NCBI GenBank assembly: GCA_001179505.1
Contig: CDMY01000170.1
Coordinates: 1-64,000, forward strand
Source: Vitrella brassicaformis CCMP3155
Taxonomy: Eukaryota; Protista; Chromerida
Reading direction: 5' to 3'
Length of the DNA stretch: 64,000 bases
The translations under genes were made by a program, and so were the position numbers. Under the pieces are notes generated by a model. It made no database searches, was not told the origin of the DNA, and saw only the letters and a program-made list of their open reading frames with translations. Positions 1 through 11,900 of the stretch are shown here, one piece after another. Position 1 is the first letter of the stretch. Every line of letters begins with the position of its first letter.

Positions 1-2046
1 CAGATGGCCACAGACAAGCTATACCTCAATGTCAGCGGCGAGATCTTCCGCGGCGTGCGCCGCTCCACTCTGTGTGTCAAGAAGGGATCTGTCCTGGCCT
101 CGCTGTTTGGCGGCTGCTTCGACGGTGCGGTCGTCCGCGACTCGACCGATCGCATTTTCCTTCCGGCGTACCCACCGGCCTTCAAATGGTCAGCTCTCAC
201 ACGAAGGACAGACGTAGGGAGTGTGGTCACGTTTGCAGTGTTGTTTGTGTCACGTTCTGTGTGTCAGGCTGGCTGAGCAGCTGCGCTACTATGAGCTGGG
301 CGACGTCGAGGTCATCGATCTGCCGGCCGCGAAACAGACAGATCTGCCGCACACGTGAGAGAGTGACCGACATAACACCGCAGTCACCTCGTATGTGTCT
401 GTGGGTGTCAGGTATTGGGTGGATGCCCTCCTCTGCGACCCATCGGCCCCCGAGCAGTCCCCTCCACCACCCGACAATGACAGCGACCCTCAGAGGACCG
501 AATTAGACAACACGCATGAGAGTCCAGCAGCTGATCCACTACCAGCAGCCCTGCGCATCAGCACCGAGCTCACAGCCACTCTCAAGCAGATCGAGCAGGC
601 CAAGAAGGCCGAGCTGGCCCGCTTGGATGCCATCAAGCCATTCCTCGAGACAAGCAACACAGACGACGATCAGGTGCACATACAAAGACAGCGATGGGAA
701 GGCTTCCTTCTGTATCGTCTCGGTCGGATGTCTGTTCAGTTGGTTTCCATCGATGTGTTGGGGTCGAGTGTGGCCATCACCCACGCGGTGGCCAAGTCGT
801 TAGGCGGAGAAGACAGCACATTCTACGGACGATTCACTCGGTGAGAGCACAACGGCACTGAGGGATGCCATCCGCCGGCACTCACATGTGGTGGGCTGTT
901 GCTGTGGTTCAGTTACAACGGCTCCACTGACTGTGGCCTCGACTGCGTCCGCCGTGTCGTCGACGTCGCTGTGCGGGCCCACCAGGAGCGCCGGACCATC
1001 ACATCAGCTGACGTGCGGGAGGCAATGGGCGATGTCAGTGCTTCTCAATTCCGTCGGGCGCTCGACGTCTTCGGCATCGGCGCCGATCGGTACCTCGGCC
1101 CGACTGACGGCCTGCTCAAGAGCCAGCACCTGCACAACATCAAGGAATGGAGACAGAAACAGAAATGGGGACATCCCGGGGCTCCTCTCGCCCTGCCCGT
1201 GTTGCCGTCTCATGTGGGCGAGCCGATCGAGCGCATCTACAAGTGACTGAAGTTGCCAGCCAAGAGAGCAGGAGTTTGGACGACTGTATTGCACTGATCG
1301 TTTGTTTGCAGGGCGTCGGTTGATGGGTGGCGTTGGCTGGACTTTGTCGATGCCGTCAGGGGCCAAAAACCGTTGATCATAATCATGCGGGTCAAAGACA
1401 GGTACAGACAGACAGAAAGTCAGACAGACGGCAGGGGCACGCACAACATAGGCGGAGTACCGACGTGTGTTGTGCCTTTCAGTCGTGAGCTGTCTGCTGT
1501 GGTCCTATATGACAAGATAGAGGTCTCAGGTCTCAACCAGACGGGGACAGCTGCCTTCTGTTTACCTACAAGCTCGAGGGGACACTGGACTGCCCCTACG
1601 TCGGAGACCTCTGCTGCGATCCGTGGACCTTTCGGACAGTGATTGCCCGGCTTACCTTCACACGAGTGGCGAGACTGGAGCAAAAGACAGAGACCACTGA
1701 CCTGACCAATGCGCCCTCGCCTCTGTCCTGCCTGCTGGCTCCGCCGGGGATGGACATCGGCATCCCCCAGGGTGGCGTCCCCAAGGCAGCCATGGACACA
1801 CTGCTCAACAAGTGCCAGGGCTTCGCAGTTGAAGGCAGTGAGCCTGACGACTGGGCCAGTTGGCAGCGACCAACTGTCGAGTGTCGGGCCAGCCCGGCCA
1901 GTTGGCAAGGACATACTGTCGAGTGTCTGCTGGGTTTGTTTCGTCCCGTGTCTGTGTTGGGTTTTCACTTTGAGCTCGATGAAATGGAAGTCTATAGCGT
2001 CGCCTCAGTGGGGAGGTGCATTTCAGACATGAAATGGAAGGCATGA
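1..2046 (+). CDS. BTB/POZ-BTB-TLDc domain protein (copy 1), spliced, 5' end outside the window, apparent 1-nt frameshift in the TLDc part
   Basis: First BTB: KLYLNVSGEIFRGVRRSTL..SVLASLFGG. GT-AG introns follow AFKW, ~354, DDDQ, 840, YK and VKDR. Degenerate second BTB: LVSIDVLG..FYGRFTRYNG..FRRALDVFGI. TLDc start IYKASVDGWRWLDFVDAVRGQKPLIIIMRVKD and end FELDEMEVYSV. The segment from GGT(1529) to TACAAG is 38 nt versus 39 nt in copy 2. Confidence 0.75.
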
Positions 2047-2145
2047 GGTGAATTTCTTGACATCTGCACATGGAGAGCTCTTGTGCCATGGGTGAGGGAT
2101 GTGTCGCAAGCTCTTTTTAGGAGGGACGGGGAGGGGGGGGGGGGG

Positions 2146-2445
2146 NNNNNNNNNNNNNNNNNNNNNNNNNNNNNNNNNNNNNNNNNNNNNNNNNNNNNNN
2201 NNNNNNNNNNNNNNNNNNNNNNNNNNNNNNNNNNNNNNNNNNNNNNNNNNNNNNNNNNNNNNNNNNNNNNNNNNNNNNNNNNNNNNNNNNNNNNNNNNNN
2301 NNNNNNNNNNNNNNNNNNNNNNNNNNNNNNNNNNNNNNNNNNNNNNNNNNNNNNNNNNNNNNNNNNNNNNNNNNNNNNNNNNNNNNNNNNNNNNNNNNNN
2401 NNNNNNNNNNNNNNNNNNNNNNNNNNNNNNNNNNNNNNNNNNNNN
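2146..2445. other. Assembly gap (300 N) flanked by poly-G runs
   Basis: N run with G homopolymers on both sides. Confidence 0.98.
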
Positions 2446-2931
2446 GGGGGGGGTGTGCCCATTTTTCGGTTTTATCGAAGGTAGGGGAGTGAGGGCCGGC
2501 GTCTGGTTGTGCCATAGTTGGCATGTATTCTGGCTGGGTGGACGTTTGTGGGTGGGTGGCTGACGTGTACGATCGTGTGTTACTCGGCGAAAGATCTGTT
2601 AGTGCGCCGACACAACACACTGAGAGGGAATCCTGTCCGAATGCTCTCTCTGGTTGTGCTTCCATTATTGAGTCTGCAATGGACAGGACACGCACATTTC
2701 AAATACACTGACCATACACACGCGCGCACACGACCAGATGGCAGAGCTCAGAGTTTTTCTCATGCCGCCGTCATTCGTCTAATCGAAGAGGCAGCCGAAA
2801 GACAGGGCAGCAGGGCATCTTGCAATAAGAAACCAGAGCTCAGAGTCCAGTTACTTAGGTACTCACACCGAAGACACTCTCACAGAGAGGCAGCGACATG
2901 TAGGCATTCCCACTGCATCCATTCATAAACG

Positions 2932-5900
2932 TCAAGGCAGATAAGGGGCCAGCCATACTTCCTCTCGCGCCTTTAAAAGAGTCCAGTAGTTGAGAGGCTG
3001 TGGAATGAACCGCCGCTCTGCTGCTCGATCACCAGGTCCCGCTTCTCGTCTCAGTCCAGCCGCATCAACAGGAAGCCTAATTGTGGCCAGAGGGGCTAAG
3101 GGAGGGAAGGAAGCAGTCCCGTGCAGAGCTAGCGAGACAGAGAGCCGCGTGTCCCCCTCTTCGGTATTTTCCCTCTGTGATGAAGGGGCGATGCACAGCT
3201 GAAAAGGGGGCAGTAGGGAAGAGAACCGCTGCTGCTTGTCGTGTTGGTGGTCGTCCGCAGTCGTTGTCCTGCAGACCAGCCTCTCTCCCACCAAACACTC
3301 CAGCTCATCATCCCAGCGCACGCCAACACTTGACGACGGTAAACCAGCGATCACCATGTCAGCGACACAGAAGGCCCCCTTTGTGCTGTGCTCCTGGCCT
3401 TTCCTGAGAATCCTCCACTCGAGCGCAGAGCTCTTGTCGTGCGTAGCCTTGTGCATGATGACAGACACAGCCGAGAGGACCTCTGTCGCCATGGTATGCT
3501 TTCCGAGATGCAGAGCGGGAAGCATATCTTGCGATATGTCGACGGGCAGTCTCTTGAGGCACTTGAGCCAATGCCGATGGTAGCCGATGTCTCCCTGAAT
3601 TCTTGCGATCAACTTCCATGGAGAGAGCTTGCCGGCGAGGAGCGCGGCGACCGTCCCCTCGATGCGATCACGGCTGGTGTCGTCGGCTGCGATGGATGGG
3701 TGGAGTGTGGGTGCGATAGGCGAAGATAGAGCCAGCCAGAGGGGGGCGTCAGCATGGTCGTCTGCCGTCTGCTGGGTGGTTGACAACAAGAGCTGGGTGA
3801 AGGCTGGATGCATGTGGTATGCCTCTGCCAGGCGATCCCGCAATGCCTGATCAGTACATGACACATCAAGGCATGCACACACGGACGAGTGACGATGGCA
3901 TATATGCACCCACCTTCAGGTAATCGACAATTCGCTCCATCTCCTTCTCAAAAATCTCGATGAGCGGCACCCACCGCATGACTCTCAGCCCTTCTTCCCT
4001 CCTCTCGCCCTTCACAGGCCTGACGGCCCTCTTGATCACATACACCAACCGCTCCAGCACTCTTCTGATCACCGCTCGCCACACACGTGGGCTGACGATG
4101 CCGGATGAGGCTGGTGCAGGAGAGAACATTGAGGGAGGTGGCTGACCGAGGGTGAACTTGGGCCTTGATGATGGGGCGGGAGGGGCCAGGAGGAGGACCG
4201 ACAGGGCGTCTGTCAGCCGCCTCGTGAAGTCGAGAAGAGATGAGGGATCTGCAGATGGGAAAGAAAGAGACATGGGAGCTTCTGGTGCTGCTGGGGTCCT
4301 GAGGCTGCTGAACGCGGAGGAGAGTATCCATCTCATGCAGGCCTCCACTGCCCCTGTCCCTTCGTCGATGTGTCCGGCTTCCCTGCCAGTGCCGTTGCCG
4401 TTTGCCCTTTGGGTGAAGACGCGCAGTGGGGGAAGAGGTGGAGGCAGCAGCAGCTCAGACAAATACGAGGGGCCGGTGGGCCTCTCGGGGTCAGCAACTC
4501 CTACTTGTGTCGAAGACGTGCCCTTCGCTTGGGTGTACCTCCGCCTAACCAGACATACAGACATATGTATACACCAAATACACCATCTGTCTCCCCCACC
4601 TCACCTTTCCATAAGAGGGCTTTGTCGTGCCGGGGCGTCTTTCGGCGGCTCTGGCTGCATTGAAGGCTTCCTCACATACAAAGGCTCGTCACTGTTGACG
4701 GGCAGTAGCGACGCGCCTTCGACGGCACGCACCATCTCTCTGCGGAAGAGATCCACCGCTACACCCAGCCAGTGCGAGACCAGAGATGTATCGACAGCGT
4801 CGAGCCATCCACAGGACTGTAGTGTCGTCTTGACAAGCAGCCATAGCCGCCGGGAGAACACCTCGACTGACTGGTGCTTCTTCAGCCTGCCCCCGGCAAG
4901 TGGCAGGGGAAGAGCCTTCATGAGTGCCGTGAAGTCATGTTCCTCGATGTAGCTCAGCAGCTGGGCGAAGAATGCCTCCACGTTCACTATGGCACTCGTC
5001 AGCTGGGCGAAGGAGATGCTGATTTGGCTCCGTCTCTGTGTGTGCATGCTCAGCAAAGTGAAGAGCCACATCAAGAGAAACACGACCCTCTGGCTCAATG
5101 CGAGTACGCCAGAGACCACCTCTCGAGGCCAATCGGAGGATGCACCATTGCTCTCGGCGACTGGAGGGGGCGGCGGATTGGCACCCACATGCTCATATGC
5201 ACTCGCAGAGGGATAAATAGCCGCAGTGCTCCTCACAGCGGATGAAAGGATCGATGCCGCATCAGCAGCCTCGGAGACACGGCAGTAGAGTGATTGGCGG
5301 ACGATCGATGGAGCCAGAACCCGCTCTATCTGCAGGGGAGAGGCCACAACGAGGCAGACTTTCGCCTTGTTGCCAAGCTGCGGTGCGATGGGCCCCTCCC
5401 CCCTGCAGATCTCGATTGGCCAGAAGGCGTCCACGGGCATGTGGGAAGGAGGGTCTGAGCGCAGCCTCTCTCGTACCAGCTGCTCCACCAGCTCTATGAG
5501 GGTAATCGGGATATCCGCATGTTTGTTGCACGCTCGCTTGGATGACCGATGAGCGGTGACTGCACACACGGATGGACACAGACGTTGGATGCTGTTCGTG
5601 TGGGCAGAGATGTCTGTCCATCATTTTGTCACCTTCCAGCCCATCTTGCCGTACGTCCGCATCACACGCCAGATGAGCGTCATGGACTACAACTAAGGTG
5701 CCCTGCTTCAGAGCCTCGCCAACATCCCCGGCCTTGCCCATGCCGGCAATGCCCTGCTGCAAGGATAGGCGGAGACATGGCATATCGAGCGTAGGGATCG
5801 CCTGTGGAGGCCCGTGTATGATGATCGGTGAAAAGGGCAGTAGAGACGTGGGGGAGAGGTGGCTCTCGATGGACCTGGATATGAACGACAAGAAGTCGTG

Positions 5901-8900
5901 GGAAGAGCCCTCAGGCTGGTCCAGGAAGCTCCCCAGGTCATTCTGCCCGCCGTCAGTCCACCTATGTCTCCAGCTCCTGCCTTTCAGAGCAAAGCCCACG
6001 AGAGCCCTCAGAATCCTCTGTCGATCGGCCGGGCGCAGCGCACACCCCACAATGGCGAGAAGCAGCATGTGGGTCGAGCAGTCTGCGGTTGGAAGCGGCG
6101 CTGGTAAGTCGGGCAGCTGCTGTGTCGTGTTGTCTTCCAAGATTAGCAGCATTCGCTCCGCCCACTGGCGCCACAGCCTCGGCAGATGCCGGAAGCGATG
6201 TGGCCACGAGTGCATTGTCGGCGCGTCGCCGTCCGTCACTCTACGCCTCCTGCTCGGCGATGACGCTCGAGGGCTCTCCTCATCTTTCTCCCTCAGCAAT
6301 CGGAGAGACGGTACCATATCCTCCAAGTCGCTCAGTATTCGGAAGACCATCCAATTGTGGCTCAGCTCGCCAAAGTTGACGACAGCCAAAGCGTCTTCAT
6401 GTATATCGGGTGCCTCTCCCGTGTTTGCGACGATACCCGCCTTGTGGATGTCGTCTGCGGTGATGCGGTGGTCCCCCTGGGCCTGTCTCATTTTGAGTCT
6501 GTACATGGGGTCCAGCTCAAGCTTGTGTCTCTCTTCTCTCGTCAGCACGTCGGGCCGCGGCGAGAGCAGGTGCTCCACAAGAGACACGTCTTTAAACATG
6601 TCGTAGCGGGACATGTCGTGAGAAAAACGCAACAGAGTTGCATTTTCCGCAGCTGAAGGGATGTTGCTGGTCCACGGGAAGCCGAATGCCAGGCACATCG
6701 CGAAGTCGTCATAAAACTGCGGGGGATGCCGCATGGCGAGCAGACGGAACAATCTCGATCGAAACGGCTCGGTGCTGCTCTTGGCGGTCTCAGCTGAGGT
6801 TCGTCGGCCATTGCGATTCTCCTGCCCCTTCCTCTTGTGCTGTGTGTCGGGCTTCTTCCCTTGCGGACCACCACCATGTGCACGAGTGTCTTCGTCCGCC
6901 GCCAGAGCCAGATGGACCAGTCGCTGGCAGGCGTCCATCGACGTCGGTCGGGTATGGCTGCAGGAGAGATAGCACATAATGGTGTGGACACCCGTCTCTA
7001 TCAGCGGAAGAAAGGTCTCGAGGGAGTCATTGATGATCATAGTCTCCAGCTCATCTGATCGCCGAAGGGATGCGTGGATCTCGTCATGCTCATTCTGAAG
7101 GTGCAAAGAGAAGTATACACGTGAGACCATTTTCTGTGTGTGTAACTCTCCCACCTTCAGCTGCGTCAGTCCTTCGAGCACATCAAGCCCCACTTGGAAG
7201 CCGGCCGTGCGTCTGGTCGCCTGCCCGTTGCCCTCATCGCTTGCCTCATCCAAGACCCCACCTTTCAGCAGCTGCTCGTGAAACTGATTGGACTCATATG
7301 TCCTCACGAGGTAGTCCAGCAGCTGCTCCTTTGCATAGTGTAGCTGATGATGCGACCGAGCGCCCTCGGCAACCTGTCGCAAGAAACAGAGGCAGAGAGG
7401 GACTCTGTACACACATATGTCTCTCGGGCTTACAGCTTTGATCTTCTCTTCGAGGAACTCCTTCTTTTCCTCGAGCATGAGGGCCTCCCAGACGCATTTG
7501 ACCACCGCATTGCGGCCCCCCGAGAAGTCAACCATTGTGCCATAAGGCGACCAGCGATCAATCACGTGACGTCGCTCACTCTCGCCATACAAGAGATAGA
7601 GGCGGAAATCCGGGTGCACTGGGGTGAGGTCATTCTGCAGAAGTATGGTCTGCATGCCATCAGTGGCCCAGGATCTGTCTCGATGTGCTGCCCAGTGGTT
7701 GTACGACAGGATGCCCTCCTTCTTGATGCGATCTGCGTCGATTCCCTCGGGGTCCAGCCATTCTTCGAGCTGTCTCAACATCTGACGGCCTTCATCCTCG
7801 GTGATCAGGTGCGTGGCTCGTTTGAGCAGCAGAGTGATAAGGCGCTCCGCCTCCTGCAGCTCGTCTGCGGGCATGGATGGCGTGGTAGAGAATTCGATGA
7901 CCAGCGGAGTGCCTGTCTTCAGGCAGTAGTCGATGGCCTGAAGGAACATAAAGGCTCACGAAGAGAAGCCTGCACGTGTGGCCAGGCCTCACTTTCAAGA
8001 GGGATGAGCTCCTCAGACCAGGAGTGCCCAGCGATACAACAAGAGGCCGAGACACGTCTTCCTTCAGCACCGCAGACTTTGCCTGGGGTGTCTTCACTCG
8101 TCCAATGCCGCCCTCGGCCACGCCTCGCATGTGACACCGAAGCAGAAACTTCATGGCCATATTGAATGGGTCGTATATCAACGGCGGCAGCCACCTTCTC
8201 CTTCCCGTCTCCTCCATGCTTGGAGGGACAGCGGACCAGTGGATCCTCAATGCACTGTCGAATGAGTCTTCATCCGGCAGCAACCCGTCAAGGGCAGTCC
8301 AGAAGCGGTACAAGCTTTTCGTGGGCAGAGGAGCGGGGGGAAGAGATGTGACCAGGTCAGACGCCTGTGTGGGTATGCCCATGGCTGTGAGGGCTTCCCG
8401 CCACCTGTTGAGGATCAGCAATCGGAGGGGGTACGGAAAGGCCCCGAGCAGGTGCATGTTGCAGGACATCAGAAGGGCGTCGCTGAGGAGGAAGCGACGC
8501 TGGTCGAGACTGTGGGTCAGCAGAGACAGCCACCGGTCCTGAAAAACCCAGACAAGCGATTCGTCAAACGGACAGCCTCCTGCGATATTCGCTGACCTTT
8601 TCTGTTTGCAGCATACTGAGCGCTCTGTCGAGCCTCCCACCCCTCTCATTGACGTCGGCCAAACTCTGCGTGAGGCTCTCCCTCTCGGCCGTGGCGTCGA
8701 ACAGCTTCCGTTGCAAGTCCGCCAGCGTCTCGTTGGACTGTCTTGCATCCTCTCTGGACTCCTGCGTGACCTCTGCCAACTCACTGTGCGCGACTTCCGT
8801 CGCTGCAAGTTCGCGTCGCTTCTTTTGAAGCTGATAATAGACACACATGGTGAGACATGCGCGGGACTGTTCACAAGGATCAGAACACAGCTCTCACCTC

Positions 8901-11900
8901 AACAGCTATCTCTGCAGCATCAACGATGGCTTTGCACCACACGTAGAGGGCCGTCACAGCAGGGGTGGCAGCAGCAGATATCCATTTGAACGCGACGCCC
9001 GTCGCGAGCTCCTTGGGACACTCGTCGAGGCACCGCTTCAGAGCAATTAGCTGGCCCTCTGTCATCTCCTCTTTGTTGAAGGTCGTGAGCTTTCTGGCTG
9101 CACCACGCGCGCCTGCAGGTGTCTGCATGAAGGCCCTGCTTAAAAACAGATTCCAGAAATCCTGCGGATCGCCCTCAAACTCGGCCTCGTCTGCAGCGTG
9201 GAATCATTGTCACAGTCACACAATAGCTCGTCAAGATGTCGCTTACTCGTCTTCGGTTCCTCTTCTCCCTCTGTTGCGTCGACTGCTGCTGCAACTGCTG
9301 GTGCAGGCCTCCTAAGCTTGAGGCCTAGCGCCACACACGTGGTCTGCACGATCTTCTTGGTCTCATTCTTTGGCTTCTTGATCGCCGACAGAGCATCGAG
9401 CTCCTTCCCAGTGGCAAGCCGCTCGGCAACTATCCTGTCAGCGGCACTGCTGGCTGCCGACAGGCGCCGCGAAAGCAAGTCACACTCTGAGGTGAGTGTC
9501 TCCATTTGCATGCGCTTTGTCTGTTCCTCGAGGTAGATGCCGGTAGACAACTTCTGTTTGAGCCTGTCGTTGATCTTCTTGGCGGCCTCCATCTGCTCCG
9601 TGTGGTCCTCGATGTAGGCGCTGATGCTCTGCGTGTCACAACAGAGCTTAGAGACACCTCGTCGAGTCTTTGCTCTTTTATTCTCTAGCGCTGACCTTCA
9701 GCCGCGGCGTGACGATGTTGACATATTCCTGTAGTCTGTCAGACTTCCCCTCAGAGGCTTCGATCAGCTCCTTTACACGCGACAGCCTTTCACATGTCCT
9801 TGTGTTGTGGTTCACACTCAGTGACAAAATGTCGCACGCCATCTCCACGATATCGATCAGCCTCGTCGGACTCGCACAATAGGCCTGGACGCGTTGAAGG
9901 TCCTCCAGCCGCAAGAACGGATCTGGCATCGTGAAAGGGCCGTATCTGGCCTGCGATGGCCCACTTGCGATGCAAAGCGGGTTCCAGTCATTCGATGACA
10001 CCAGTCCCCTCAGCTCTGCCAATGGTGTCAATCTTGGCGTGCCGGCTTGGTCCTCTTCGCTGCTTTTGCGACGCAGGTCATCCCACATTGACGCAGCGCA
10101 GGCCTTGAAGGCCTCTTCGGTGACTTGGAAGCTCTTGAACTCGGCAAAGAGGCGGCCCAGAGCCTTCGTGATCAGCGACACGGCCTCTGTCGGCTGGAAA
10201 GAGAAAGCCATCTGAGTCTGGCTTCGCTGAATGGTCCACTCGTAGACAGTTGTGATCGCCGTGTCATTTGCTTGGGCTTTCTTGAGATGTGTGAGATGTC
10301 TCGAGGCAATGTCGATGCACGCAGGCAGCGGCAGGGGATTGAAATAAATGACCTGGGACCGCGACGGATCGCATAGGGAGTTGCTCTCCATCAGTTGCCG
10401 AAGCGGCTCAGATCTCGGCTTCACTTGTGGCTGTTTGCCTTCTTGGAGCAGGATATCAGTGACTCGGGGGTCTCGATCCTGCTTGGCCGTTGCTGTGATG
10501 ACTGCAATCGTGACAGTGGGTAAGAAGAAGTGGTGCATGAGAAGGGACATCAATGTTGCTTTCGACAGCCACTGAGACGGCTTGAAGTCTGAAGGCTCGG
10601 AAAGCAAAGGCTCGACCGCCCGCCAGAATGCTGCTTCTTCTGCATCCTTTGCCGCCTGCACCTCGGCTTCGCGGCCTCGTCTTCGTTTCTTCTCCTTCTC
10701 GCCGTCCTGCTTGCGTCGCTCAAGGGATTTCTGATGCTCAACAGCTCCCTGCTCCAATGCGCGTCGCACCAAAAGGTATGTCTCGTCGAGACAGTCGCCG
10801 ATAGCGTAAAGCAGGCCGTTCAGGTTCTCCCCAAAAGATGGGTTGTCGTCCAGCAGGCTGCCCCAGGAGCCGCCATCGAGCAGCTGAGTCAGTCGCTCGC
10901 GAAGGAAAGGCAATGCAACTTCCTCCGCACGCAAGGCGAGCACCAACCCTCGACAGATCTGCGCTGAGTCGTTGCCTCGTTCGGCTTCAAGTGGCAGATC
11001 CGCATGCCAAACGAGGGAGAGGGAGTCAAGAAGGATAGCCGCTGGCGCGTCACTCTCTGTTGAGGTGTATCGGCGCTTAAATGTCGTGATGACGGTATCT
11101 GGCAGGTGAGACAGCTGCTGCAGCCGACTCTTGATGCGCTTGAGACCAATGTTGACGGCAGTGGTCAGCAGCTTGTCTTGCATCAGTGTCCACTGCCTCC
11201 GGGCCATCTCCTCGCGATTCTCCGCAAGCACATCGGGCCGAGACGTGACCTCATATCGGTCACGCGCATATTGTGCAATCTGCTCCTCTTTGCTCGGCGT
11301 TGTGCCGTCAGTTCTGTCTCTGATCTCGTCACCAGCTGCAAATACGCCGCCAATAAGGGCAGGGAACGACAGCACTTTCAGATTCAGCGCTGAGCATGTC
11401 ATGTGCAGCAGAGTCTCTTTGCCGCTAGCTGCTGGGCCTGCAAGCACGATCGTGCCGCCTGGTGACGGGAGGCTGGTGAGAAGCTGCTGGAGTGCCGGAA
11501 GGGAATGCTGGACAAAGGTCTGTGCGAAGGGTGACGCACGGCTTCCCCGATAAGCCAGATCGACATTGTCCTCACTCGTGGCGGCTGTTGCTGTGTCTCT
11601 TGCTCGGGGTTGCCCGCGGCACACGGTTTGTAGCTGCTTCACGATGCCCTGCGGGCCTGACGCAGGGACGATAGATGGCACCAGACACGAGTCGCCGAGT
11701 GCTTGCAGTGAAGGTAAGCCGATCACTTTATCGCCTTCCTCCATTCTGAGGTATCTGCAGACCTCGTGCTTGAGTCTCCGTACCTCGCCGAGGTCGTGCT
11801 CCTCTTCAGCGGTGAGCATCTCCAGGACTTTCTCTTTCATGTTGATGCCGAGCAGCTCGTCAGCCAAGCGGCCCAAGCAATTTTCCAAGCAGTGAGCGAG

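Noticed and set aside
940-1030. VRRVVDVAVRAHQERRTITSADVREAM resembles the histone H4 C-terminal fold (KRKTVTAMDVVYAL), suggesting a BTB-histone fusion
   Set aside because: After splicing it falls inside a second BTB-like unit (LVSIDVLG..FYGRF..FRRALDVFGI) that is also present, without histone likeness, in the 25-28 kb paralogue. Chance resemblance is more likely.
1850-1930. Short tandem duplication GCCAGTTGGCA..ACTGTCGAGTGTC
   Set aside because: Only two units, in frame within coding sequence and present in both paralogues; not a CRISPR-like or regulatory array.
2130-2452. Poly-G/poly-C runs beside both N gaps as possible G-quadruplex elements
   Set aside because: True length and sequence are unknown; homopolymers at gap edges are a common assembly artefact.
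2450-2930. Short ORFs between the first gap and the dynein stop
   Set aside because: No recognisable motif or consistent splice pattern.
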